Positions 38,101 to 50,300 of a stretch of 64,000 bases of DNA are shown in pieces (position 1 is the first letter of the stretch; every line of letters begins with the position of its first letter). Origin of the DNA: Balanoglossus misakiensis (Eukaryota; Animalia; Hemichordata); contig CM082579.2 in NCBI GenBank assembly GCA_040954595.2, forward strand, positions 14,013,834-14,077,833, read 5' to 3'. The notes beneath the pieces are model-generated. The model had not been told where the DNA came from. It searched no databases and worked only from the letters and a program-made list of their open reading frames with translations. Made by a program: the position numbers and the translations under genes.

Positions 38101-41047
38101 ATTTTGGCAATGACCCTTGATCTACTTGGAGATGTCTCTTTTTAAAAAGCACATCAGTCATGATTTTGTTAACATGAATTTTATTGCTGCCAGGACATAT
38201 ACCAAATATTTTGATAATTTCGGCAATGACTCTTGATCTACTTGGATATGTCTCTTGTTAAAAAGCACATCAGTCATGATTTTGTTAACATGAATTTTAT
38301 TGCTGCCAGGACATATACCAAATATTTTGATAATTTTGGCAATGACTCTTGATCTACATGAGTTTTATTGCTGACATGACATAACCCAAATATTTTGATA
38401 ATTTTGGAAATGACCCTTGATCTACTTGGATATGTCTCTTGTTAAAAAGCACAACAGTCATGATTGTGTTCACACAAGTTTTATTGCTGCCAGGACATAA
38501 CCCAAATATTTTTTTATAATTTTGGCCATGACCCTTGATCTACTTGGATATGTCTCTTGTTAAAAAGCACAACAGTCATGATTTTGTTTACGTGACTACT
38601 ATTGCTGCCAGGACTTAACCCAAATATTTTGATAATCTTGGCAATGACCCTTGATCTACTTGGATATGTCTCTTGATAAAAAGCACAACAGTCATGATTG
38701 TGTTCACATGAGTTTTATTGCTGCCAGGACATAACCCAAATATTTTGATAATTTTGGTAATGACCCTTGATCTTCTTGGATATGTCTCTTGTTAAAAAGC
38801 ACAACAGTCATGATTGTGTTCACACGAGTTTTATTGCTGCCAGGACATAACCCAAATATTTTGATAATTTTGGCAATGACCCTTGATCTACTTGGATATG
38901 TCTCTTGTTAAAAAGCACATCAGTCATGATTTTGTTAACATGAATTTTATTGCTGCCAGGACATATACCAAATATTTTGATAATTTTGGCAATGACTCTT
39001 CTTCTACATGAGTTTTATTGCTGACATGACATAACCCAAATATTTTGATAATTTTGGAAATGACCCTTGATCTACTTGGATATGTCTCTTGTTAAAAAGC
39101 ACAACAGTCATGATTGTGTTCACACAAGTTTTATTGCTGCCAGGACATAACCCAAATATTTTTTATAATTTTGGCCATGACCCTTGATCTACTTGGATAT
39201 GTCTCTTGTTAAAAAGCACAACAGTCATGATTTTGTTTACGTGACTACTATTGCTGCCAGGACTTAACCCAAATATTTTGATAATCTTGGCAATGACCCT
39301 TGATCTACTTGGATATGTCTCTTGATAAAAAGCACAACAGTCATGATTGTGTTCACACGAGTTTTATTGCTGCCAGGACATAACCCAAATATTTAGATAA
39401 TTTTGGCCATGACCCTTGATCTACTTGGATATGTCTCTTGTTAAAAAGCACAACAGTCATGATTTTGTTTACGTGACTACTATTGCTGCCAGGACTTAAC
39501 CCAAATATTTTGATAATTTTGGCAATGACCCTTGATCTACTTGGATATGTCTCTTGATAAAAAGCACAACAGTCATGATTGTGCTCACATGAGTTTTATT
39601 GCTGCCAGGACATATACCAAATATTTTGATAATTTTGGCAATGACCCTTGATCTACTTGGATATGTCTCTTGATAAAAAGCACAACAGTCATGATTGTGC
39701 TCACATGAGTTTTATTGCTGCCAGGACATACACCAAATATTTTGATAATTTTGGCAATGACTCTTGATCTACTTGGATATGTCTCTTGTTAAAAAGCACA
39801 ACAGTCATTATTTTGTTCACATGAGTTTTATTGCTGCCAGGACATAACCTAAATATTTTGATAATTTTGGAAATGACCCTTGATGTACTTGGATATGTCT
39901 CTTGTTAAAAAGCACAACAGTCATGATTGTGTTCACACAAGTTTTATTGCTGCCAGGACATAACCCAAATATTTTTTATAATTTTGGCCATGACCCTTGA
40001 TCTACTTGGATATGTCTCTTGTTAAAAAGCACAACAGTCATGATTTTGTTTACGTGACTACTATTGCTGCCAGGACTTAACCCAAATATTTTGATAATCT
40101 TGGCAATGACCCTTGATCTACTTGGATATGTCTCTTGATAAAAAGCACAACAGTCATGATTGTGTTCACACGAGTTTTATTGCTGCCAGGACATAACCCA
40201 CATATTTAGATAATTTTGGCCATGACCCTTGATCTACTTGGATATGTCTCTTGTTAAAAAGCACAACAGTCATGATTTTGTTTACGTGACTACTATTGCT
40301 GCCAGGACTTAACCCAAATATTTTGATAATTTTGGCAATGACCCTTGATCTACTTGGATATGTCTCTTGATAAAAAGCACAACAGTCATGATTGTGTTCA
40401 CACGAGTTTTATTGCTGCCAGGACATAACCCAAATATTTAGATAATTTTGGCCATGACCCTTGATCTACTTGGATATGTCTCTTGTTAAAAAGCACAACA
40501 GTCATGATTTTGTTTACGTGACTACTATTGCTGCCAGGACTTAACCCAAATATTTTGATAATTTTGGCAATGACCCTTGATCTACTTGGATATGTCTCTT
40601 GATAAAAAGCACAACAGTCATGATTGTGCTCACATGAGTTTTATTGCTGCCAGGACATAACCCAAATATTTTGATAATTTTGGCAATGACTCTTGATCTA
40701 TTTGGATATGTCTCTTGTTAAAAAGCACAACAGTCATTATTTTGTTCACATGAGTTTTATTGCTGCCAGGACATAACCTAAATATTTTGATAATTTTGGC
40801 AATGACCCTTGATCTACTTGGATATGTCTCTTGTTAAAAGCACAACAGTCGTGATTTGTTCACACAAGTACTACTGCTGCCAGGGCATAACCCAAATATT
40901 ATGATAATTTTTGCAATGACCCTTGATCTACTTGGGTATGTCTCTTGTCAAAAAGCACAGCAGTCATGATTTTGTTCACATGAGTTTTATTGCTGCCAGG
41001 ACATAACCCAAATATTTTGATAATTTTGGCAATGACCCTTGATCTAC
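26126..41047. repeat. Satellite 1: 116-bp monomer, roughly 130 copies
   Basis: Consensus CTTGGATATGTCTCTTGTTAAAAAGCACAACAGTCATGATTTTGTTCACATGAGTTTTATTGCTGCCAGGACATAACCCAAATATTTTGATAATTTTGGCAATGACCCTTGATCTA; for example starts at 27241 and 27357. Confidence 0.97.
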
Positions 41048-41880
41048 ATTTCCAAAACTTGGTATGCACAGCAGATACAGCTTTTAAATTTAGAGGACCG
41101 GAACCCCTAATGAAATACATGTATTAACCTTAACACAATAATTATGTATATAAGCTATTTAAAGTTAACCAATAAAGCGTAGAAGTCTGCTTGTTGTTGG
41201 ACACTGATCAGTTTGGTATCAAATTTTGTTGGCACATTTTGCATCACCTCTGGCGTACTTTACCATTTCTAGGCATCCACAACAGAAACAGCCTTCACTT
41301 TCTGTTGGAACCATGCTAACCACTTTGGCCACTCCAATGCTGCTTGTAGCTCTAATTGTCTTCTTCATGGCAGCCATATTGGATTTTCTAATAAGCTTTA
41401 AAAGTTGAAATTTTCATAATCTACAGGGCCAATCAAGTTCTAATTTACTGTGCGATTGAAAGTTTGACAAAAATATCATTAGTGGTCATGTGACTTTTGG
41501 TGCCTTATGGATTTTTTAAAAATCTCATTAAAAAACTTCAAAAATCTTTTTCTAATCTATTTTTCAAGTGAATTGTGATTGGTTAAACCTTATTGGAGTC
41601 AAATTGGATTTTCTGAACAACGATTTAAAACTAAGATTTCCTATTTCTGGCCTACTCATTAATTATTCGTGGATATGCCTCTTGTTGAAAAGCACAATGG
41701 TGATGATTTTTTTCACACGAATAGTACTGCTGCCAGGACATAACCCAAATTTTTTGATAACATTGGCATTGAACTTTGAAGTTTGGCACCTGTATTCTTT
41801 TCTGAATATCTTATGGCGCCTAGACTAATAGCACTAGAGGTTTGGTTTTTGATGTATATGGACAAGTATGGGACTTAGCT
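41048..41880 (+). mobile_element. Continuation of the HINE family 1 concatemer after the satellite
   Basis: Resumes at the position expected from units 1 and 2 (CAGCAGATACAGC...). 3'-end motif GCTGCTTGTAGCTCTAA at ~41339-41355; the next unit starts at ~41670. Confidence 0.8.
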
Positions 41881-43406
41881 TTTTTTAGGGGCACAAGCCT
41901 ATCGGGCTTGTGCCCCTATTGGTATTGTTGGAATTTTTTACGGGCCCAAGCCAAGCCAGGCTTGGGCCCGTATTGGTTTCGTTGGGGTTTTTCTTTCTTT
42001 CTTTCTTTATTCTTGGTTCATTTCTTTCGCGCTCTAGATCTCAGACACCGCTGCAGGTACAGTTCTCAAACTTGCTACAGTGGTCAAGGTCAATGAGTAG
42101 ATGTGCAGTGACTTGTGAATACTTAATTAGTCACGTGACATGGCGGCCATATTGGATTTTCTGAAAAAATGCAAATCTCAGATCTCAGAAACTACAAGTC
42201 AGATCGACTTCAGATTTGGCGTGCTGGTAGTATACCCTCTGCCCATCATTTTTGTAATTGGATATTTTGCTGTCAATGTTGCAGTTTTTTTGCTACAGTT
42301 GTTTTTCTGAAATCTGGTCAAAATTTCAAAAATCTTCTTCTCCAGAACCGGCGATAACCGAGTCACGCCGTTTGGGTTATGTGGTCACCTAACTGATGTC
42401 TATCAAGTTTGCGAAGATCATTGTGATTGGTCAAAGATTATGGCGGCCATATTGAATTTTCGAAAAACTATAGTAAAACTTCAAAAATCTTCTCCTCCAG
42501 AACGGGCGATAACCGAGTCACAAGATTTGGTGTGTGTGGTCATTAAACGGATGTCTATCAAGTTTGCGAAGGGGAATGTGATTGGTTGAAGATTATGGCA
42601 GCCATATTGGATTTTGTGAAAAACGATTAAAAAGTAAAAATTCCTTTTCTAGCCTAAAAATTGATAGCACAGAAATTCTTTTTATGGATATGAATCATCA
42701 TATGACAAGAATAAGCTATAAATATTTTTGTAATTTTGGCAATGACCTTTGACCTACTTTTGACGAATCATTTTTCTGCATATCTAATTCCAGGCTAACC
42801 AATAGGGCTATAAGTTTGGTTTTTGATGTATGTGGATTTGTATGTGATCAAAACATTTTGCTACTTTTCATGACCCCTTTGACCTCTGGTGACCTCATTA
42901 AATATGCGCATACCTAATTAATGATGAACCAATAGACCTAGAGGTTTTGTTTTTGTTATACATGGACCAGTATGGGGTCAAAATATTTTGCCCAAATGTT
43001 GGGTGACCTCGGGTGACCTTTGACCTACTTTTGCATAACTTGACATCCACCGCAGATACAGCCTTGGCGTTTGGAGGTATGGGGCCATAATGAAAAGCCA
43101 AAGTTTTGGGTCACCTATGACACCTGCTTAACCCATTATATATGTGCATATCTAATTCCGGGCTTACCAAAAGGGCTAGAGGTCTGGTTTTTGTTGGACA
43201 TGCACCACTATGGGTCAAAATGTTCTGCCCAAATGTTGGGTGACCTCAGATGACCTTTGACCTACTTAACCCAATATCAGCACCAAACATAGATATAACC
43301 TTGATATGTCATGGGATAAAACACAGCATTATGTTTCTACTCATTAATTATGTGCAGATCAGATAATAGAGCTTGGGCCCGGACAATGCTGCTTGCAGCT
43401 TTAATC

Positions 43407-43439
<33 letters not shown>

Positions 43440-44625
43440 CGAGAAATATGTCATTGTAGATCTGGAAAACCGCAGCACCTAGGGGGCCGAAACTTGGTAG
43501 GGTGGTAGGGGCCAATGAGTAGATGTGCAGTGGCTCGTGAATATTTAATTAGTCACGTGACCTGGCGGCCATATTGGATTTCCTGAAAATCGTTAAACGA
43601 GTCCTTCTCAAAAACCACTGGGCTGATCGAGTTCAAATTTGGTGTGCAGGTAGCCTACCTTATGTCCATCATTTTACCCTATTAAAATCATGACGTCATA
43701 CATAAAGTTTTTTTGCTACAATTGTTTTTCTGAAAAACAACTTAAAACTTTAAAAATCTTCTTCTCCAGAACCAGCGATTGCCGAGTCACGGGATTCGGG
43801 GTATGTGGTCACCTAACCTATGTCTATCAAGTTTGCGAAGCGCACTGTGATTGGTCGATCATTATGGCGGCCATGTTGGATTTTCGGAAAACCATTGAAA
43901 AATGAAAATTCCGTTTTGTAGCCAAAATGTTGACAGCACGGAAATTCTTTTTTTGGATATGAGTCATCATATGACCGGAAGTTGTCACAATTTTTCGGGG
44001 CAATTTTCACATGACCTTTGACCCAGTTTTAAAACAACTAATTATATATGCATATTCCCCATACCTCCTCTTGTCAAAGCACCACAGTCATGAATTTTGT
44101 GGACATGGGTACCAATGCTGCCAGGACATGACACAAATATTTTGGTAATTTTGGCAATGACCCTTGACCTATTTCTGAAACATCATTTTTCTGCATATCT
44201 AATTCCATGCTACCCAATAGGGCTAGAGGTCTGGTATTGGTTGGACATGGCCCACTCTGGGTTCAAAATTTTATGCCCAAATTGTGGGTGACCTTGGATG
44301 ACCTTTGATCTACTTTCCCATATCTCAGCATCCAGAGCAGTTAGAGCCCTGGCTTTTATGGGGATTGAGCACATAATGGAGTCTTACACAATACTTCATT
44401 AATTATGTGCATACCTAATTGCAGGCGAACCAATAGGGCTAGGGGTCTGGTTTTTTGTTGGATCTAGACTAGTATGGGGTCCAATTTTTTTGCCCAAATT
44501 TGGGGTGACCTCAGGTGACCTTTGACCTACTTTCCCATATCTTGGTATCCCCAGCAGATACAGCCGTGGCATTTGCTGGTCACCATGGGAACCGCTTGTG
44601 CCCTGCCAACGCTGCTTGCAGCTTT
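41881..44625 (+). mobile_element. HINE/DINE-like Helentron-associated element A (~1.28 kb net), interrupted by element B
   Basis: 5' T-run, 14-bp hairpin TAGGGGCACAAGCC/GGCTTGTGCCCCTA (41886-41918), (ATT)n at 43407-43438, 3' subTIR GCTTGTGCCC (44594-44603), stem-loop GCTGCTTGCAGC, then TTT. No TSD. Confidence 0.85.
41934..43402 (+). mobile_element. HINE/DINE-like element B (~1.47 kb) nested in A
   Basis: 5' T-run, 14-bp hairpin TACGGGCCCAAGCC/GGCTTGGGCCCGTA (41939-41972), 3' subTIR GCTTGGGCCCG (43371-43381), stem-loop at 43388-43399, then TTT. Confidence 0.85.
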
Positions 44626-45004
44626 AATGTTACATTTGGAATCCACTGGACCAATGTTGAGCTTATTAAATATGTGAATAACTAATGCTGAGCTTACCTA
44701 TATTGTTACAGGTTGAATTTTTTATTAACATGCTCTACTATTGGACTTAATCTGAATTTCTTGACCAATGATAACCTTCAAATTTTGAGGGCTGGAACAC
44801 CTAATTACCAGGTTAACCAATAGAGCCAGAAGTCTTGTTTTTCATTTTATGCTGATTATTTTGGAAGAAAAAATTGTTGACAATTTTGGGTGAGCTCTTG
44901 GTGACCTTTGATCAGCTTTCCTATTTACATAGCAGATACAGCATTGGCACTCTCTGGTATCCATAGGAACTGCTTTGACCTAGCCAATGTTGGTTGCACC
45001 TTAA
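44626..45004 (+). mobile_element. Degraded 3' part of the outer HINE family 1 copy
   Basis: AGCAGATACAGCATTGGCAC...GCTTTGACCTAGCCAATGTTGGTTGCACCTTAA is a decayed version of the subTIR plus stem-loop end. Confidence 0.65.
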
Positions 45005-45089
45005 TTGCACCGCAGTATGTTGGTTTGGGCGAGCTTGCCACATTAATCCTATCATTATCATTGATTTTATCGATTTCATGTTTTTAATT

Positions 45090-45685
45090 CTTTCATTCTT
45101 TTTTTTTCTGTAGGTCCCACCGGTACTCTTCTTCTTCTCTCTCTCTCTTTCTTTTTTTCTTTTTCCTCTTCTTTCTTTTCTCTTTTTTTTTCTTTTTTTT
45201 TCCTGTAGGCCCCAATGGTAACACCATAATCAACCTACTAACGTAAAATTTGATGGATGGAGAGAGCGGAGTGTCAACCATAGTCAACCTACTAATATAA
45301 ACTTTGATGGAGGATGGATGGCGCGTCAACCATAGTCAACCTACTAATATAAACTTTGATGGATGGATGGATGGAGCGGAGCGTCAACCATAGTCAACCT
45401 ACTAAAATATAAACTTTGATGGATGGGTGGTGCCGTGGAGCGTCAACTTAAATGATGGAGAAGTGGAAGGATGGAGAAGTGGAGTTTTTTTCTCTGTTTT
45501 TTCCTCTCTTTTTCCTGTAGGGCTCACTGGTAACACCATAATCAACCTACTAACGTAAAATTTGATGGATGGATGAAGCGGCGTGTCAACCATAGTCAAC
45601 CTACTAATATAAACTTTGATGGATGGATGGATGGAGCATCAACCTAAAGGATGGAGAAGTGGAAGAATGGAGAAGTGGAGTTTCA
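45090..45685. repeat. Composite minisatellite: ~55-bp CAACCATAGTCAACCTACTAATATAAACTTTGATGG units with variable (GGAT)n, preceded by CT-rich tracts
   Basis: About six units arranged in two blocks, each opened by TTTCCTGTAGG...TGGTAACACCATAATC. Confidence 0.85.
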
Positions 45686-46004
45686 ACATAATATCCTATT
45701 GACCGAAATTATTAGTAAGAGTAATATAGACATACAAAACGAGGTGATCGTAATATAAAACTTAATAGTCCAATAAATCGGGTTAATAATTGGTAGTGAT
45801 TACTTGTTTTAAAATTAGGTTAACAGCAATGGCTTTGTGCAGGGTATGATAATAGGTTCTGAAATGTGTATGGTATAATAACGGTGAACAAATTTGAATT
45901 TGGTTTAATAAAAGGGTTAAAAATGTGATGATGGTTTTATGGTAAAATTGGAGTGTACACAGGTTATAAAGGGGTAACAGTGGTTGCTTGTATGAAGGTA
46001 ATGA

Positions 46005-46240
46005 TAATAGGGTAACAAATGTGACTGGTATAAAAAATGTATAATAACGGGTTCATAATATGATGATGGCTTGTGTACACAGGTTATAATGGGTATATGA
46101 ATGAGAAGGGTATAATAATGGTAATAGGGTAACAAATGTGACTGGTATAAAAAGGTATAATAACGGGTTCATAATATGATGATGGCTTGTGTACACAGGT
46201 TATAATGGGTATATGAATGAGAGGGGTATAATAATGGTAA
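46005..46240. repeat. 117-bp tandem duplication within a GGTATAATAA-rich low-complexity tract
   Basis: TAATAGGGTAACAAATGTGACTGG at 46005 and 46122. Confidence 0.8.
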
Positions 46241-47369
46241 TAACTGTGTCAGGTTTAATAAGGGTAGCAATTGTGCAAGGGTATAATAACGATTAATAAT
46301 TGTGGTGATGGCTTATGGTGATATTAAGTATAAAAGGGTGTTTAATATTGATGGTGATGATAAAGGTATAATAATGATAAATCGTTAAATAAGTGTCCAG
46401 GGTCTAATAATCATGTTAGTTCATTCATTGGTTAATGTGAATATTTTATGAATAACATGCTATTATTTCTCAGATAGATAATACTCGTCAGCATCGTTAT
46501 TCGGTGGAATTTCTCGCAACGGTACCCGTGATTGTATTCGCGCATCGACACATTGTACGCGACAGACATGCAGAAAATGTTAGCACAATGTTAGGTTAGC
46601 TTAACCTCCCCACCCCATCCAAATTCCAAATTTAGCTTAGATCATGGGGTGAGAGGAGGAGAGGACAGTTTTTTTCCCTCTTTTGTAATTGGTATGAGGT
46701 TTTTTAACTGCCCTTTAGGCGCGTAAATTAAATATGTTATCATACATGTAGTTATCTTGCTTTATTTTAAAACAATTGTGAATGAGCTCTGCGAGATTAT
46801 GTACACGATAGTGTGTTATATAATGCTAAGGTAAAAGTAAATTTAACCCACTAACCCATCACACTATTGTGTGCATAATTAGCAGATGCTATTTTGACTA
46901 GCCCATTGTTCAACCAAATGACACCTTGTTTCAAAAAGAGCTGAAACTATATTGGTTAATTTCTTTCAGTTTAACCACATGACACATTGCTTCAAATTGG
47001 CCTGCAAGATATGCTACTTGAACTCCCCCCCACCCCCACCCCCCCCCCCCCCCCCCAAAAAAAAAAAATTAGGGATTAATCACTCGCTATATTATGAACA
47101 TTCACATGAAAATTATGCAACCAAATTAAAGGTATTCTGGAGGCGTCTTCTGATGTCAGGTGGTTCAAATCCACCGATACCTAAGCTGGAAACATAACTT
47201 TTCATTGGTGTTCATGTATGGCGAATAAAACACGCATATTCGTATTATCATATTTCAGAAATGAACGAATTGAATAAGATTCTTTTCGATATGTCACTAT
47301 AAACTTTAATCCCATTTCACCCACTTTACTCAAAATGTAATGTTAAAATAGCAAAGAAGTAATCATTAA

Positions 47370-50300
47370 ACTTTGACACCGGGGTTTATAATGCATACAG
47401 GGATACTAAAAGTTGACTGAAAATCCCTGGGTTAATAAGTGTCCAAAAGCAATTTTATTTGACATTGCTAATGCAGCGATGACATTGAATCTGATTCTTT
47501 GCATCAGGGTAAATTGTGATGCAAGCTTGATGATGCAGCCCGGTAGATAGTGATGCAAACACTTCACTTTGACATGGGTATTTAATGCATGTGCATGGGT
47601 ATTTAATGTTGACTGTAAATCCCCAGGTTAATTCTTGGCCAAAAGCACTGTAATTTGACATTGCTAATGCTACCGTGACACTAAATCTGATTCTTTGCAT
47701 CAGGGTAAATTGTGAAGCAAGCTTGATGATGCATCATGATAGATGGTGTTTCAAGCCCTTCACATTGACATTGGAATATAACGCATATGGGGATTGAAAG
47801 TTGATTGTGAATCCCCAGGTTAATACTTGGCCAAAAGCAATGTAATTTAAAATTGCTAATGCAATGGTGACATTCAATGTGATTCTTTGCATTAGGGGAA
47901 ATGGTGTAGGAAGCCTAATGGTGCATCAGAGTAGATGGTGATGCAAGCTCTGCACTTTGACATAGGTATTTAAAGCATATGCATGGGTATTTAATGTTGA
48001 CTGTAAATCCCCAGGTTAATACGTGGCCAAAAGCACTGTAATTTGACATTGCTAATGCTACCGTGACACTAAATCTGATTCTTTGCATCAGGGTAAATTG
48101 TGAAGCAAGCTTGATGATGCATCATGATAGATGGTGTTTCAAGCCCTTCACATTGACATTGGAAGATATAGCATATGGGGATTGAAAGTTGATTGTGAAT
48201 CCCCAGGTTAATACTTGGCCAAAAGCACCGTAATTTAAATTGCTAATGCAATGGTGACATTGAATTTGATTCTTTGCATTAGGGGAAATGGTGTAGGAAG
48301 CCTAATGGTGCATCAGAGTAGATGGTGATGCAAGCTCTGCACTTTGACATAGGTATTTAATGCATATGCATGGGTATTTAATGTTGACTGTAAATCATCA
48401 GGTTAATACGTGGCCAAAAGCACTGTAATTTGACATTGCTAATGCTACCATGACACTAAATCTGAATCTTTGCATCAGGTAAATTGTGGAGCAAACTTGA
48501 TGATGCATCATGATAGATGGTGTTTCAAGCCCTTCACATTGACATTGGAATATAACGCATATGGGGATTGAAAGTTGATTGTGAATCCCCAGGTTAATAC
48601 TTGGCCAAAAGCACTGTAATTTAAAATTGCTAATGCAATGGTGACATTGAATTTGATTCTTTGCATTAGGGGAAATGGTGTAGGAAGCCTAATGGTGCAT
48701 CAGAGTAGATGGTGATGCAAGCTCTGCACTTTGACATAGGTATTTAATGCATATGCATGTGTATTTAATGTTGACTGTAAGTCATCAGGTTAATACGTGG
48801 CCATAAGCACTGTAATTTGACATTGCTAATGCAACAATGATATTGAATCTGATTCTTTGCATCAGGGTTAATGGCATTGCAGGCTTGATGATGCATCCCG
48901 GTAGATAGTGAGGCAAACACTTCACTTTGACATGGGTATTTAATGCATGCACATTGATATCTAAAGTTGACTCTAAATCCCGAGGTTAATACATGGCCAA
49001 AAGCACTGTAATTTTAAATTACTAATGCAAGGGTGACATTGAATATGGGTAAATGGTGAAGCAAACGTGATGATGCATCAGGATAGATGGTGTTTCAAGT
49101 CCTTCACATTGACTTTTGAATATAATGCATATGGGGATTTAAAGATGATTATAAATCCCTAGGTTAAGACATGGCCAAAAGAACTTTTATTTGACATTGC
49201 TAATGCAACAGTGACATTGAATCTGATTATATGCATCAGGGTAAATGGCGAAGCAAGCTTAATGATGCATCAGGACAGATGGTGTTTCAAGCCCTTCACA
49301 TTCACATTGGAATATAACGCATATGGGGATTTGAAGTTGACTGTAAATCCTCAGGTTAATACGTGGCCAAAAGCAATTTTATTTGACATTGCTAATGCAA
49401 TGGTGACATTGAATCTGATCCTATGCATCAGGGTAAATGGCGATGCAGGCTTGATGATGCATCACAGTAGATAGTGATGCAAACAGTTCACTTTGACATG
49501 GGTTTAAATGTATATGGGGATTTCAAGTTGATTACAAATCCCTGGGTTAATACGTGTCCAAAAGCAATGTAATTTGACATTGCTAATGAAATGGTGACAT
49601 TGAATGTAATTCTTTGCATTAGGGGAAATGGCTAAGCAAGCTTAATGATGCATTGGACTAGATGGTGATGCAAGCTATGCATTTTGACATACATATTTAA
49701 TGCATATGCATGTGTATTTAATGTTGACTATAAATCCTCAGGTGAATACATGGCCATAAGCACTATAATTTGACATTGCTAATGAAATGGTGACACTGAA
49801 TCTGATTCTTTGCATCAGGGCAAATGGCGAAGCAAGCTTAATGATGCATCGGAGTAGATGGTGATGCAAGCTCTGCATTTTGACATAGGTATTAAATGTA
49901 TATACATGGATATTTAAAGTTGTCTGTAAAACCCCAGGTTAATACATGGCCATAAGCACTATAATTTGATATTGCTAATGAAATGGTGACACTGAATCTG
50001 ATTCTTTGCATCAGGGCATATTGTGAAGCATGCTTGATGATGCATTAGGATCAATAGTGATGGAAACACTGCACTATGACATGGGCATTTAATGCATACG
50101 CATTGATATTTACAGTTGACTCTAAATCCCGAGGTTAATACATGGCTAAAAGCGCTGTTATTTAAAATTACTAATGCAAGGGTGACATTGACTATGGGTA
50201 AATGGTGAAGCAAACGTGATGATGCATCAGGATAGATGGTGTTTTAAGCTCTTCACATTGACTTTTGAATATAATGCATATGGGGATTTAAAGTTGATTG

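Noticed and set aside
26126-41047. CRISPR-like array
   Set aside because: The whole 116-bp unit is repeated with no unique spacers, there are no cas genes, and the context is eukaryotic.
45093-45329. Lys/Arg/Glu-rich ORF
   Set aside because: Translation of a CT-rich low-complexity tract.
45220-45640. Repeat-spacer pattern resembling CRISPR
   Set aside because: The spacers are GGAT microsatellite variants related to each other, not unique sequences.
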